From NCBI RefSeq assembly GCF_964194155.1, contig NC_135900.1, forward strand, positions 12,710,001 to 12,774,000: a DNA stretch of 64,000 nt, given 5' to 3'. Position 1 is the first letter of the stretch. Each line of letters starts with the position of its first letter. The translations under genes and the position numbers were made by a program. Of this stretch, positions 11,869 through 24,399 are shown one piece after another. The notes under the pieces were generated by a model. The model ran no database searches. It saw only the letters and a program-made list of their open reading frames with translations, and was not told the DNA's origin. The stretch is from Cetorhinus maximus. Its lineage: Eukaryota.

Positions 11869-13149
11869 GTAAGTAGATGGACGTGGTCATTTTCCAACCA
11901 TTCGTGATAGTTAAAATACACCTAATTCTGACCCCCTCCCCCCTTCAGCAGACGTGTCCCGGTAAAATAAGATAACAGACAAAATAGATTTTACACCAGA
12001 GCCCAAGGGGGTCCAAGGTTTCATTTTTTTCCCCCCCCCACCCCCCACCCCCAGTGGCGAGTTGGTGCGGGTTGTCTCGGGTTTATTGATCCCACAGCCA
12101 CGCACTTGTAATGTGGCAATAATGTCCCGAGCGCAGTTTAATTTATTGGCAGGATTTAATGCAGACTTTTGAACGAATCCTGTTGGTCAAATCAGATAAA
12201 AGCAATAAGCAGGATAACCCCCCCTTTCCCCACTTCTTGTGTGTTTATATAAAATTCCTTCATGTCATTGTGACATTATTTCCGCGCTTTTATCCTGCCC
12301 AGCCTTAGCATTGGAAGTGACGGTGATTATTTTAAGTAAATATTCCTTCCCCACCCCTCCCCTCTCTGTGGTGTGTCAATGCAGTTTTAAATGTATAGTG
12401 GGGTGGGAAGGAAGATGAAAGTAATCCGCACCAACCCTTGTTTAATGACGTGTGACATGACCGTAGCCACACTCAACCACATGCTAAATAGTGTCAGGTT
12501 GCAAACTCGCATCCTGGTGCTTTTAAGTAAATGCTATCTGCTTAAAGGTGACGTGTAGCAGGAAGGAGGAAACCTATTTGCTAATATTTTAAAGCTGGTT
12601 ATGCCTGCTGTGTGGGTCAACGTCCATTGCAAAAGTAGCCTTACTGCAACACTGCCCCTTTAAGGGATCGGTGTGAGAGAAATGTATTTATGTTGACATG
12701 TTCAGGTAGGCGTAGCGGTAACTTTCACTGGGAGACTTGTATACGTTTGGGTTGGAAGGCTGTTCCCATCCCGCCCCCAAATGCGGATTGACAACATGTA
12801 CAGGAAGCCTGAATATTCTTAAACCATGCAGTTCATCTCCATTCAGACTACGTTCCCCACACTCACTCCTTGCCATGTTGCTACTCATCCATAATTCGAG
12901 TCAGCCTTGTAAAACAGAGATGCCTTTAAAACTCTGGATTTAGTAGATGGGAGGGGGTCAGCTGGTGCAGTGCAGTAGTAGTATACGAATGTGCAGTATC
13001 ATTGTGCAGTAGAGCATTGATACGACTACCCGTGATTGTTAGTTTTGGTCCTGCTGTTCGAGAAGATGCTGCGTGTTCAGAATTCACTGTACAGGACACT
13101 GTAGTGTGGTGATGATGTTACTAGGCTCATAATGCAAAAGTGTGGACTA

Positions 13150-13790
13150 ATGCAAAATACTGCGGATGCTGGAAATTTGAAATAAAAATCAAAATGCTGG
13201 GAGTACTCCAATAAAAGCAAAATACTGTGGATGTTGGAGATCTGAAATAAAAACAGTGCTGGAAAAACTCAGCAGGTATGGCAGCATCTGTGGAGAGAGA
13301 AAAACAGAGCTAACGTTTCGAGTTCAATATAAATTCATTGGAACTTCCAGCACTTTTCTGTTTTCATTGCTGGGAATACTGAGCAGATCAGGTAGCACCT
13401 GTAGAGAGAGAAAAGGAGTTAGTGTTTCATTTGGCTGCATGGCCTTGCTTCACAACTACTACTCTTGGTGTTGTTGGGCAGAAGGTTCCAGGATTTTGAC
13501 CCTCCTGAATTGGGAACTGTTAGAGATGACAGATTTTAAGCAGGTATAGAGGTAGAGAAGGATGAGGGGAGGGGGGTAGAGGGGAGGAAAGAACAAAAGG
13601 CAAAGTCTGTGAGAGTATGGAAGACAAGAGATTAATGGATGAAAGGGGTGATAATGCAAGGCAGAAGAGGGTGGCACTGGGTCAGGTAAAGAAACAAAAG
13701 ACGAGTCTAGAGGAGGTGTAAATGGCAATAGCAGAATCGGTACCAGCATCTACTGTCTGGAAAAAAAAATGGTAGTTATGATTGAAATTG
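13150..13790. mobile_element. Penelope-like element remnants (stacked partial terminal repeats)
   Basis: GCAAAATACTGCGGATGCTGGAAAT..GAAATAAAAA starts at ~13152 and ~13217, followed by CTCAGCAGG..GGCAGCATCTGTGGAGAGAGAAA..AACGTTTCGAG. Same family as 60510-60888. The family assignment is from recall. Confidence 0.65.
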
Positions 13791-13809
13791 TCTAATGTCT
13801 TTCTGAGGT

Positions 13810-14492
13810 ACTACATGAGAACTTTGCATCTATATTCCTGAATCACAGAAAGTTAACATTGCAGGTACAGCAAGCAATTAGGAAGGCAAGTGGCATCTGG
13901 GATTATTGCAAGGGAAATGATCTTTAATGCTGCAATTATCTGGGGCTTTGGTTGAGATCACACCTTGAGCACTGTACCATTTTTTCATCTCCCTACCTAA
14001 GCAAGGATCTATTTGCCTTGGAGGGGGTACAACAAAAGTTCATAAGATTGATTCCTGGGATGAGAGAGTTGACCTGTGAGAAAAGATTGAGTAGTTAATG
14101 ATCTATATTTTCTGAAGTTTAGGAGAATGAGAAGAGATCTCAATGCAACATATAAAATTCTCACAGGGTTTAACCGGGTGGATGCTGAGAGGCTGTTTCC
14201 TGTGGCTGGAGAGTCTTGAACTAGGAGGCATAGACTCATGATAAGGGGATCAGCTACTTATGATTGAGATGAGAAATTACTTCACTCAAGAGGGCTGTAA
14301 ATCTTTGGTATCTCTTACCCGAGAGATGCTCAGTTGATGAATTGATTCAATGCCGAGATGATAGATTTTTGGGAATTGAACAATGGGGATCGGGTAGGGA
14401 AGTTGGAGTTGATGTAGAGAATCAGACATGATCTTTGTGAATAGTGGAATGTGCTCAATGGGCCATATAGCTGACTCCTCCTATTTCTTATC
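13810..14492 (+). mobile_element. CR1 LINE 3' fragment, degenerate
   Basis: QVQQAIRKA, LEGVQQKF and RMRRDL..YKILTG-like C-terminal ORF2 remnants plus a CR1-type 3' UTR. Confidence 0.8.
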
Positions 14493-14509
14493 CTCTTGGA
14501 GAAGAGGAT

Positions 14510-15650
14510 GCTGCCAATATTAGCAGTAATGTTACTGGATAGAATAATAGATAAAGGAGGCACGTAAATTATGGCTAACTCTAAATTCTTTTATAAACTC
14601 AAATAATGAACCTGTAGTCAAAGGAAGACTGGGGCTGCTTATGGACCAAAAAGGCAATCCTCCCAGGGAGGCAGAGGGCATGGCTGGGGTAGTAAATGAA
14701 TACCTGTCTTCACTAGAGAAGTGGATGTGGAAAATATAGCAATATATGATGAGGTAGTAATGACATTGCATTGGATAAAAGTAGATAAAGTGGATTTGCT
14801 TGAACTCTCAGTGTAAAAGTCATTCGATGGGATGCATCCTAGGTTATTGGGGAAAATAGGAGTGCAAGTTGCAGAAGCCCTGGCCACAATCTTCCAATCT
14901 TTCTTGTGTATTCAGGTGCTGCCTAGAGGACTGTAAATATTACAGTCCTGTTTTGGGGGGTGGAGGAGGAGCGGGATAAACCCAGCAACTCGAGGCCAGT
15001 CAACCTTAAACATCAGAGGCGTGGTAATGTTTGAATTGTTAATCTGGACAAAATTAATTAGCATTTAAGAAAATATAGGCTAACAAAATGGCAGTCAGCA
15101 TGGATTTGTTCAAGGCAAGTAATATTTGATGAATTTGATCAACTTCTTTGGAAGTGATGGAGAGATTTGTGTGGTTGATGTTGCATATATGGATTTTTCA
15201 AAGGCACTTGATAAAGTATTACATCATGTGCTTTCATCTTGCTAACAGGTCTATGGGATTCAAAGGTAAATGGCACCATGGGTACATTTACTAAAATGGC
15301 ACTAGCAATGAGGGACCAGTATGTGGGGAAGCTGAGGTTGCTCTCCTTGGAGCAGAGAAGGTTAAGTGGAGGTTTGATAGAAGTGTTCAAAAGCATGAAT
15401 GGTTTCAATAGAATCAATTAGGCAAAGTGTCTCTCGTGGCAGAAAGGTAGGTAACTGGAAGACATTGATTTAAGGTGATTAACAAAAGAATCAGAGGGGA
15501 CAGGAATTTTGGAGTTGTTGTGATCTGGAACTCACTGCCTGAAAGGGTAGTAGAAATAGATTCAGGAGTGACATTCAAAAGAGAACTGGATAAATACTTG
15601 TAGGGAAAAATACAATGACAGGGCAATGGGGAAAGAGCAGGTTGACTCTA
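14510..15650 (+). mobile_element. CR1 LINE RT and 3' fragments, degenerate
   Basis: DGMHPRLL, SQHGFV, VDVAYMDF and SLEQRRLSGGLIEVFK remnants. Confidence 0.75.
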
Positions 15651-16129
15651 CTCAAATACAGGCCTCATTTCAAACAAAATGCAAATGCCTAGAGATAAAA
15701 GGACGAATCAAATCTAGTACAAAAAATGTATGGGTGTCTTGAGAGCTCATTATGGCTTACCCTTGATAAATCAGTCTGAGAATATTGCTGTTAGTTTCAT
15801 AAATAACAAATGATTCAGGTGGTATATATAACACGATTCAGGAACATCATCTCAATAGCAGCATGAGAAGCTTTCTTAAGTCTGAAGTTCATTTAATAAA
15901 ATGCAAGAGTAATTACTCGTGTGTGTCTTTCATTCACTTAGGACCATGGACGGTAGGAGCATCATTGAGGATCGTTATAGATAAAAGCTAGATTATTATT
16001 GATATTTTGAGAACTGAATGAAATGTTTCTGGGACACCCTGCATTCTTTTAGTATAACATTGCTAATCAAAGTGATGTGCAGATTTCTTTCTATCATCCT
16101 GCTACTACTTTCTTCAGGTTTTTTAAGCA

Positions 16130-16310
16130 CAACAACAACAACTTGCTTTTTATATAGCGCCTTTTATGTAGTAAAATATCCCAAGGCACTTCACGGGAGC
16201 GTTATCCAAAGAAGAAGACATTAGGGCAGGTGACCTAACACTTGGGCATGAAGTCAGGCGTACCATAGGCCAGAGTTGGAGGAACACAGAGTTCTCGGAG
16301 AGAATGAGTT
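16130..16310 (-). mobile_element. L2-like LINE family B 3' tail
   Basis: CAACAACTTGC.TTTATATAGCGCCTTT...CCCAAGGCACTTCAC is the reverse of the tail at 38870-38935. Confidence 0.6.
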
Positions 16311-17162
16311 GCCATGTTGAAATTTTCTGGCAGCTTTATGCCTCTCATTCCACACCACATCACCTTAGAAGAACAGGCAATTGTAAGGGAACTGGAGCAA
16401 AACCTTTTTATAATTTCTTCAAACAGTAATCCTTTCAGAGTTACATAAAGCTTTATTTAATAAAAACCCCAGGAGATTATATGCATTTCTGGCCAGCTAG
16501 GTAGTAATTCAAAACTATTGAATATCAAAGTGACTCGAGATATCATCAGAAAACATTCAGGGTTTTATCTGGGAGAATTCAGTTTGATCACTGTTGTTTG
16601 TTTTTAAACAAGTCTTCTAAAAATAATGGCCTCTGATTAATGGAGTATTTAGGCCACTTTCAAAAAGACTTAGCTGAGAATGCCTTAAGTATTTGTAACA
16701 AGGGCAAGCCAAGACATAACAAAGGGTTAACTATTGGTAGTCTTGAAGCCATCATTCACCCTTTCCCAACTTGCTAAGTCTCCATCAAAATAATAGGATT
16801 TAATGATCTGCTGCAATTGAGACAGAATAAGCAATTAAAGAAGCTCTCAAAATGTTGCTCTATTTATTGGATGCTTTGGATGCAGACCATTGTCTTTAGT
16901 TTTTGTGGAGTGACTGTGATCCCTGATCCTCGTTTGACTCTTCCAGTATGTCAACAAAGTCTGATGCGCTGTAGTAGATGAAATGCATAATACAGATGCA
17001 TTTAAAATGGATGCTACATGAGCACGTAAGGGAGAAATGAATAGAAGCGTATGCTGAAGGGAGACAAAGGAGGCTTGTATTGAGCTGGCATAGACCAGTG
17101 GGTCAAATGGTCTGTTTCTGACTTGATGTAACTCAATGAAATATATAATATTCTACATTTAA

Positions 17163-17815
17163 CTCCTGGGGGTTACCATTGACCAGAAACTGAACTGGAC
17201 TAGCTGTATAAATACTGTGGCTACAAGAGCAGGTCAGAGGCTAGGAATTCTGTGGTGGGTAACTCACCTCATGACTCGCCAAAGCCTGTCCACCATCTAT
17301 AAGTCAGGAGTGTGATGGAATACTCTCCTTTGTCCTGGATGAGTGCAGCTCCAACAACACTCAAGAAGCTTGACACTATCCAGGACAAAGCATCCCGCTT
17401 GATTGGCACCACATCAACAAACATTTACTACTGATGCACAGTGGCAGCAGTCTGTACCATCTACAAGATGCACTGCAGAAATTCACCAAGGCTCCTTAGG
17501 CAGCACCTTCCAAACACATGACCACCACCATCTAGAAGGATATGGGCAATAGACACATGGAAACACCGCCACCTGTAAGCTCCCCTCCAAGCCACTCACC
17601 ATCCTGACTTTGAAATATGTCGTCATTCCATCACTGTCAATGGCTCAAAATCCTGGAACACCCTCCCTAACAGCACCGTGTGGGTGTACTTACACCACAT
17701 GGACTGCAGCCGTTCAAGAAGGCAACTCACCACCACCTTCTCAAGGGCAATTAGGGATGGGCAATAAATGCTGGCCTAGTCAGCGATGCCCACATCATAC
17801 AAATGAATTTTTAAA
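17163..17815 (+). mobile_element. LINE family A 3' fragment
   Basis: LGVTIDQKLNWTS..NTVATRAGQRLGIL remnant running through to the family tail. Confidence 0.85.
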
Positions 17816-18054
17816 AAGTTACCAGTACATACTGGGAGTAGGACATTTCAGACACCTGTAAAATAGCTACATTTTAATTTATGTGCAGTTCCTGGGCTTA
17901 TTTAGTCATTTTTTCTAATTGGAGGATCTTTTCTGTCGATTGACTGACTGTGTCTTCCCCAAGTGCCCTAAGCTGTGGAAACAAGTTCCATACGAGTAAA
18001 GCTAGTAATACACCTCTGTAGGCTGGTAGTCATTTATGCAGTTGAATAGTTAAA

Positions 18055-18700
18055 AAGCATAGAAAGAGGCAGCCATTCGGCCCATTGTAGCTGTGCTGGC
18101 TCTTTGAAAGAGCTATCCAATTCATCCCACTCACCTCTTTTCCCCATAGCATTGCAAAATGTTCCTTGTCAAGTATATATCAAAGTCCCTTTTGAAAGTT
18201 AGTTACTACTGAATCTGCTTCCACCACCCTTACAGGCAGTGCGTTCCAGATCATAAGTCATGGTGTAAAGATAATTCTCCTCAATTCCCCTCATTCTTCT
18301 GCTAATGACCTTCAATCTGAGTCCACTGGTTACCAACCCTTCTGTTCGTGGAAACGGTTTCTCCATATTTACTTGATCCAAATTTTTCATAATGTTTAAC
18401 ACCTCAAATCTCCTCCTAATTTTCTCTGCTCTAGGGATAACAACCTCAGCTTCTCTTAACTCTCAGCTAACAGAAGCCCTTCATCCCTGGGATAATTTTA
18501 GTGAATCTTCTCTCCACAGCTATGACATCCTTTAAAGTGTGGTGCCCAGAATTCAACACCAATCACTCCAGCTGAGCCCATAACTGGTGATTTGTAAAAG
18601 TTTTGCATAATTTCCTCGCATTTGTGCTCCAGTTATAAAGTCAAACATTCGGTATGTTTTCTTAGATAGCCTTATCACATTGTCTATCATCTTCAAAGGT
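18055..18700 (-). mobile_element. CR1 LINE 3' fragment
   Basis: GGCAGCCATTCGGCCC tail in reverse; minus-strand NIMKNLDQVNMEKPFP remnant. Confidence 0.75.
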
Positions 18701-19232
18701 TTGAGTGTAACATGTATTTTTTATAAAGGGAAGATGACCAAATTCATTTGTCGTGCTGGGGAAAAAATTGGCAACATTTAGTGCTTGTGGATGATTCACA
18801 AATATTTTGCATACATTCCAGACACCAATCTCTATTTAGGTGGCTGTATTGGCACGTGTGTTCAAGGTGGAACTAGTCACAGGTGATATTAATACTTTTG
18901 TATCTCGGGCGGGGGGATAATGTTAACAAGTGCACACTCTCCTTCCCTTGATTTGCATCAGCACTGCCAAAGGACGTTGAGCTCATTTTCTGTGATTGAG
19001 GGAGATCCAGGCAAGATTTCTTTTGCTTTAGTGTGCAGTATAGAACAGTCGAAGAGACTGCTACTCCCCCTTCCCCTATTTAAGGAGATGCTCCTTTTTT
19101 TTTAAAGAAGTTATTTTCTCTCCTCTCCTGCTAGCTTAACTTCCTGTGCATCCTGCTGCTTAGTATCTGCTTTAAAAACAACTTGAAGGTTTGAAGTGGA
19201 ATTTCTATGCTCACACTAACTTAAGCTATGCG

Positions 19233-19551
19233 AAAGGTTGGCAACTCTGGGTATATTCTTGGAAGTTTCATCACATGGCTTCCCACCACAAATTGCCTAG
19301 CCATTGGTCTATCCTCTGGCTGCTGTATCTTGCCCAGAGCTAATTATAAATGGAATCGACTCATTGCCCAAGTGGATTAACGATCGGTCAACCAGCCTTT
19401 CCCCATCATGCCCATCTCCTCCAAAGAAGCTAAAGCAAAATCAAAATTTTATTCATGCTGCTATGGTGTTTCTCCCCAGTTGCTTTAAAGCAGTATCCTT
19501 GAGATTAATCTTTAATTCCTGGAAACTCCAGAACAATTTTAGGTAACCCTA
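19233..19551. mobile_element. Non-autonomous DNA element with AGGGTTGCCAAC-type TIRs (hAT-like MITE)
   Basis: Ends AAGGTTGGCAACTCTGG ... GGTAACCCTA. Internal similarity to copies at 56037, 59839 and 63576. Confidence 0.5.
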
Positions 19552-19669
19552 ACTACAAGTTGTGGACACTTGTGCCACGACCATAGAGGTTTCTATAACA
19601 AAAGTCTCTGCATTCTTTTTTTATATTCTTTCACAGGATGTGGGCATCGCTGGAGGCTTTTTGCACTTC

Positions 19670-20124
19670 TGGTAGATCTTACAATGCCTTCCCCCTCTCT
19701 GACACATAGCCTTTTCTCCTTTATACATGTTTTTCCGTTTTAATGCAAATTCCATTGTTCCCATATGTCTTTGGAATTTTAGATTTATATTATGAGAAAA
19801 GTATTCATGGTGCTAATCTTGTCAGTAACCATTGGGGAAAAATAAATACACTGCTCGGCCTAGCTTTTCTGGCTAGGTGTAACATCCTACCATCCCTTTG
19901 AAATTCAAACTACCCTGATTTATCTAAAAATGCAAATTATCCTCATCTCGCATTCTAAAACTTCAGCCATGTTTACGTATTTAGCATTTCAAACCTAGCT
20001 TCTTTTGATGAGTTAAAACCTCCAGACCAGCCGTCTCCAATTCAATTAAATCCCGCACACACAGAGAGAAACTATCCAAACCCCTCTATTAACCTACTTT
20101 TAGAATTATTAAACTTTTGTGACA
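19670..20124 (-). mobile_element. Solo-LTR family fragment (5' part)
   Basis: Reverse strand begins TGTCACAAA and is similar to the first ~450 bp of the LTR at 33151 and to 37020-37488. Confidence 0.6.
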
Positions 20125-20153
20125 GCATATAATAACACAACTATGATATACTA

Positions 20154-21483
20154 TGTTATAATTATGATATTTATAAGATTATGTTTTGGGACTATTGTCT
20201 CTCTATGGTAAAATGAAGGGGGCAATTTGAGGCTTTAAGGGTGTCCTCAAAGCAACCCTGAAGAGGTCAAACATCCCTGCCGACTCTTTGGCTTGTGTTC
20301 AACCAGAACTAAGAAGGCTCACCCGGGAAGCACCAAACATGTCAAGAGGCTTCAGAAATATGCAGAGGTGAAGTTAAGGCTTTGGAGGAACCACACAAAC
20401 CTCTGAGCAACCCATCTACCCAATCCTTCAGGCACCACCTGCCCCGCATGTGGAAGAGTCTGCAGTTGCACATTGGGCTTATCAACCATCTCCGAACTAA
20501 TTGAACCCGAGTGGAAGCAAGTCATCCTAGATCCCAAGGGCCTGACTAAGGAGAAGGAGAAAATGAAGGGGGTCACGTGACCTGTTCCGAAGTCTGCCCT
20601 GACAGTCTGGGTGGTTTGATTGTTAGAGGTCAAAGGGGGCTCAGATTGTTTTACTGGAAAGGTGGTGCAAGGTATTTACACTTGGAGGCGATGGCAGGAG
20701 CCTATGTGGTAACAGTGGGTAGACAGAGAGTCTCAAGTCCTAGAAAAGTATTGAGACTGTTGGGTTGTAAACAGTTGTGCTTTAACTTATCCATTTACTT
20801 CCAAGATAAGAGTTGGGGTCTAAAGGACAATCAGCATTCCTACCTGGATACAAGGCCCATGTGATTCCTGTTACCATGGAAATGGGCTTTGGGAGGATAA
20901 GGGTTAAGATATCCCTGAGAAAACTCAGACAAGGTTAGCCTGCCAGGATCCAGAAGAGGGAAAGTGGCTAAAGATAGCAATATGCTGTGGTTCGCCATGC
21001 AGGACTGCGGGTGAAAGCTCACACTTGGACTGAAAAGATCAAATGCATGAGTTAAAACGAGGCTATAAGATTCCCCTAGCTACATGCTAGAGGAAGAATC
21101 TCCAGGGCAGAAATCCTCACTGTGAATGACGGTTCTGAGATTAAACGTTTACAGGCTAAGAAAAGGAAAAGAATAGAAATAAAACCTTGGGAGACAAGAA
21201 TCACCTCGGACTGTTTCTGGAAGAATCTAACGTTGTCCAAAAGGACAAAGTATGTCAGTGAAGTGTGTTTTTGGTTATGCTAAAAGGAAAAGGGGGAATG
21301 TTTATTTTACAGTTTAAAGTGTAAGTTGCCTACAAAGACAGTATTTAGTCCATGGTGCTTTTAGTCTTTTGTTACAGTAAAAGTCTTAAAACATGAAATC
21401 CCATCGTGTCAATCTTTCTTCAATTCACTGGACGTTCAATTTTGTTTAAAAAAAGGTTATCGTTCTCTACAGAGGTTGTAACA
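20154..21483 (+). mobile_element. Possible solo LTR of a second family, interrupted by an RTE fragment
   Basis: TGTTATA...TGTAACA ends with AGTAAA ~100 bp before the end. No matching TSD was found. Confidence 0.35.
20223..20559 (+). mobile_element. 5'-truncated RTE LINE 3' end with 13-bp TSD
   Basis: C-terminal zinc-finger remnant CPACGRVCSCTLGL..H. Flanked by an exact AAAATGAAGGGGG at 20210-20222 and 20560-20572. Confidence 0.8.
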
Positions 21484-22420
21484 GCTGGCAAAAAATTTAT
21501 ATTTTGATATACTATAAATCGCAAATGCTAGAAATTTCAAACATCTCTGCAGGGTGTTGAGGGGGAACCCCTGCAAACAAACCCTCTGAGATTTCTGTTT
21601 GTAAAGAGCATCATTATGGAAGTGCATGTGTTCCAATAGTGTACAGAAAGAGAAATAATGACCAGTGATTTAATAAATAGGGAAAAGATCCAATAAATCT
21701 AGGCATCTCAACAGGATCTGTTTTCAGAATCACTAGAGTCCACAAGCTCCATTTGAAAGGTTATACTTTGGAACATATTCCAAAAGAAATGAATAAAACA
21801 CTTTCATTTATATAATGCCTTTTATGACCTTAAGATGTCCCAAATCGCTTTTCAGCCAACAAAATAATTTTGTTATTGTTTTCATATGAAAAAAGAAAAG
21901 AACATGTTACAGGGCACTGTAAGCCCTCGTACACATTTAAATTATGTTGCAAATAGCACACTGGTCCCAGTCCTGTCCTGATGCCTTTTCTACTGTAATC
22001 GTATTAGTTTCCAAAGGATTGCATTAAAGTTAGGAAGGGAGGATACTATTTTCATACACAGTAGTGATACAGATTTTGTGGGAGTCAGCAGCAGTGTGTA
22101 CTGTGGTGAAGAAAATGTAACTAATAGGTCATTGAAGGTGCTAGTTGTCCTTGAGTCAGCCACTGATTAAAGAAGAGCCTGCCAGAAATAACTGAAGCTT
22201 ATAATGTGCATTCTGCTCATGATCTGAAGCCTGTTTATCAGATCACAACTCACAGCTGCTGAAATAATCATCTTGAAAGTACGTTTTTTGGAAATCATGG
22301 AGAATGCAAATGCTTCTCTCTGAAGTGCGTTGTCATCTGGTTAGAATTGTGGATACAAAATATAAGGAAGCCATCGACTAACTGCAATCCCTCGTTGATT
22401 GGGCCCTGTCCATTTTACAT

Positions 22421-22790
22421 GGGGAGGCGGTGGCATAGTGGTATTGTTGCCTGGCTAGTAATCCAGAGACCCAGGGTAATGCTCTGGGGACCTGGGCTTC
22501 AATCCCACCATGGCAGATGGTGGAATTTGAATTCAGTAAAAATCTGGAAATAAAAGTCTAATGATGACCGTGAAGCCATTGTCTATTGTCATAAAAACCC
22601 ATCTGATTCGCTAATGTCCTTTCTTACTGAAGAAAATCTGCTGCCCTCCCTGGTCTGGCCTGCATGTGACTCCAGATCCACAGCCATGTGGTTGACTCTT
22701 AAATGCCCTCTAAACAAAGGCAATTAGGGTGGGGTAATGAATGCTGGCCCAGCCAGCCACGCCCACATCCCACGAATGAATTTTTTTTCA
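22421..22790 (+). mobile_element. tRNA-derived SINE with LINE family A tail
   Basis: A-box-like TGGCATAGTGG and degenerate B-box GGGCTTCAATCCC. 3' end GGCAATTAGGG...GCTGGCCCAGCCAGC..CCCACATCCCACGAATGAA. Confidence 0.85.
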
Positions 22791-23269
22791 AAAATGCTCA
22801 CAAATTCCCAAAGGTAATCGAGCAAAATTGTTGGTATGTATTGAATTTTGGCCTGCTGCTCAGAGTGTTTATCTCTGATTGCGTATTCCAACTGAATATT
22901 CATCCATCTAAACTGATCTGTTTTAGAGTGGGAAAAGAAATGGTTCCTCGTATCCGAATTTTGTTTTAAAACTTTCAATTCTCCAGTTTCAGTTGAGGCT
23001 TTGATTTTAAATGTGTCCTTTTGTTTGTTGTTCACAGTCAATGTCAAATAGCTTGCTTACATTTGCATCATATATACTCTTTTTGGAGAAACAAAAAAAG
23101 AGGGCATGTGTAATCCAATGAAAATGAATTCTGCTGTTTTAAAAAAAAATCTCTCATCTTTAGAACTTTCTGTCCAAAATTGATCCTTATTGTTCTAGCC
23201 TAAAACCCTCTCCAATGCAGCGGTGCGCTGTTGAAATTGAAGACCAGCGATGCGCACAAAAGTATAAAA

Positions 23270-23520
23270 AGGACTGACTTGTATTTGTATAGCGCCTTTC
23301 ATGCCCCAAAGCGCCCTACTGGCAATGAACTACTTCTTGAAGTGTAGCCACGTGAAAAGTGGCAGCCAATATATGCACAGAAAAGTCCCACAAACAGCAG
23401 TGCAATAATGACCACGTCATCTTCTGTTTTGGGGAAGGTGGTGGATAAATGTTGGCCAGTTCACGGGGAAGACCTCCCTTGCTCCGTTTTGGAAATATGG
23501 CCGTGGGACCCTGTACACCT
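23270..23520 (-). mobile_element. Deu-domain SINE (SacSINE1/AmnSINE1-like) fragment
   Basis: GGCAGCCAAT.TG.CACAG..AGTCCCACAAACAGCA and GGATAAATGTTGGCCAG in reverse; homologous to 37915-38290. Confidence 0.7.
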
Positions 23521-24399
23521 CCCAACAAGAAGAACTTGTTTTGCTAAGCCCTCAAGCTAGATAAAGAACAAAGTGCTTTGTCTCAATGCCTGCTGTTCTT
23601 ATTGTCATAACAATATTTTGTTACGTGCTGAAGTTTATTCAGTAGAACATTAAAAAAACAAGCAATGCAGCACTGTACAAAATCCTAGAAAATTTAATAT
23701 TGCCAAAGCTGCCTTGCAGTTCTTGCGAAATATCAGTAACGTGATAACACAATTTTCGACTTGTTAAATGAGGGAGGGGAAGAATGTGTGCAACAAGAAG
23801 AGGGCAAGACACATCCATCTTTCATCTACAAAATAAAACAAATTTTCATTAGACTGGAAAAAGCTTCCAAGCACTTGTACTCTCTTGCCAAAAGTATCTG
23901 CACCTCTTCTGACTGAGCCCAAGTTGGTGAGCTTGCATTTTTTTTTGCAAATAACAATTCTAGTCCACATAATGTTACTGGCATCTATCCTCAATACGTG
24001 TTATTTAAAATGTGTTGCAATATTGCAACCAGCTTTTTTTCAAAAGGATATGTTGGCTACTTTTTGGTCTACAGTCTTTGCTTTCATTAATATATTAATA
24101 TTAATGACTGGCTAGTAATCTCTCAGTTCATACTCTGTAACAAATTAATGAAACATTAGAACCGTGGAGCACAGAGGCCATTAGGCCCATCCTGACTGTG
24201 CCCGCCATTTTCTCCACAGGTAACCCTCCCAGAATCCTTGAGCCCATGGTCATTGCAATAAAAGGCTATTATCATTTCGGAGGAGCAGCCACTGTCTTAC
24301 AAAGCAGGATGGAGCACATTTTTACCTTGAGGAAGGAAATCAAGCCTGAAGAGACTCTCATTGCGGTGTCAGGCAGGGGGAGGCCATCTTGTGGGAAGA

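Noticed and set aside
11869-11872. Stop codon making a 78-aa PPM1H microprotein
   Set aside because: The TAA lies within the GTAAGT splice donor, so the CDS is expected to continue in exon 2.
21505-21600. Short hairpin (AGAAATTTC..GCAGGG..CCCTGC..GAGATTTCT) as a pre-miRNA
   Set aside because: Pairing is discontinuous; it is more likely a decayed palindromic repeat or chance.
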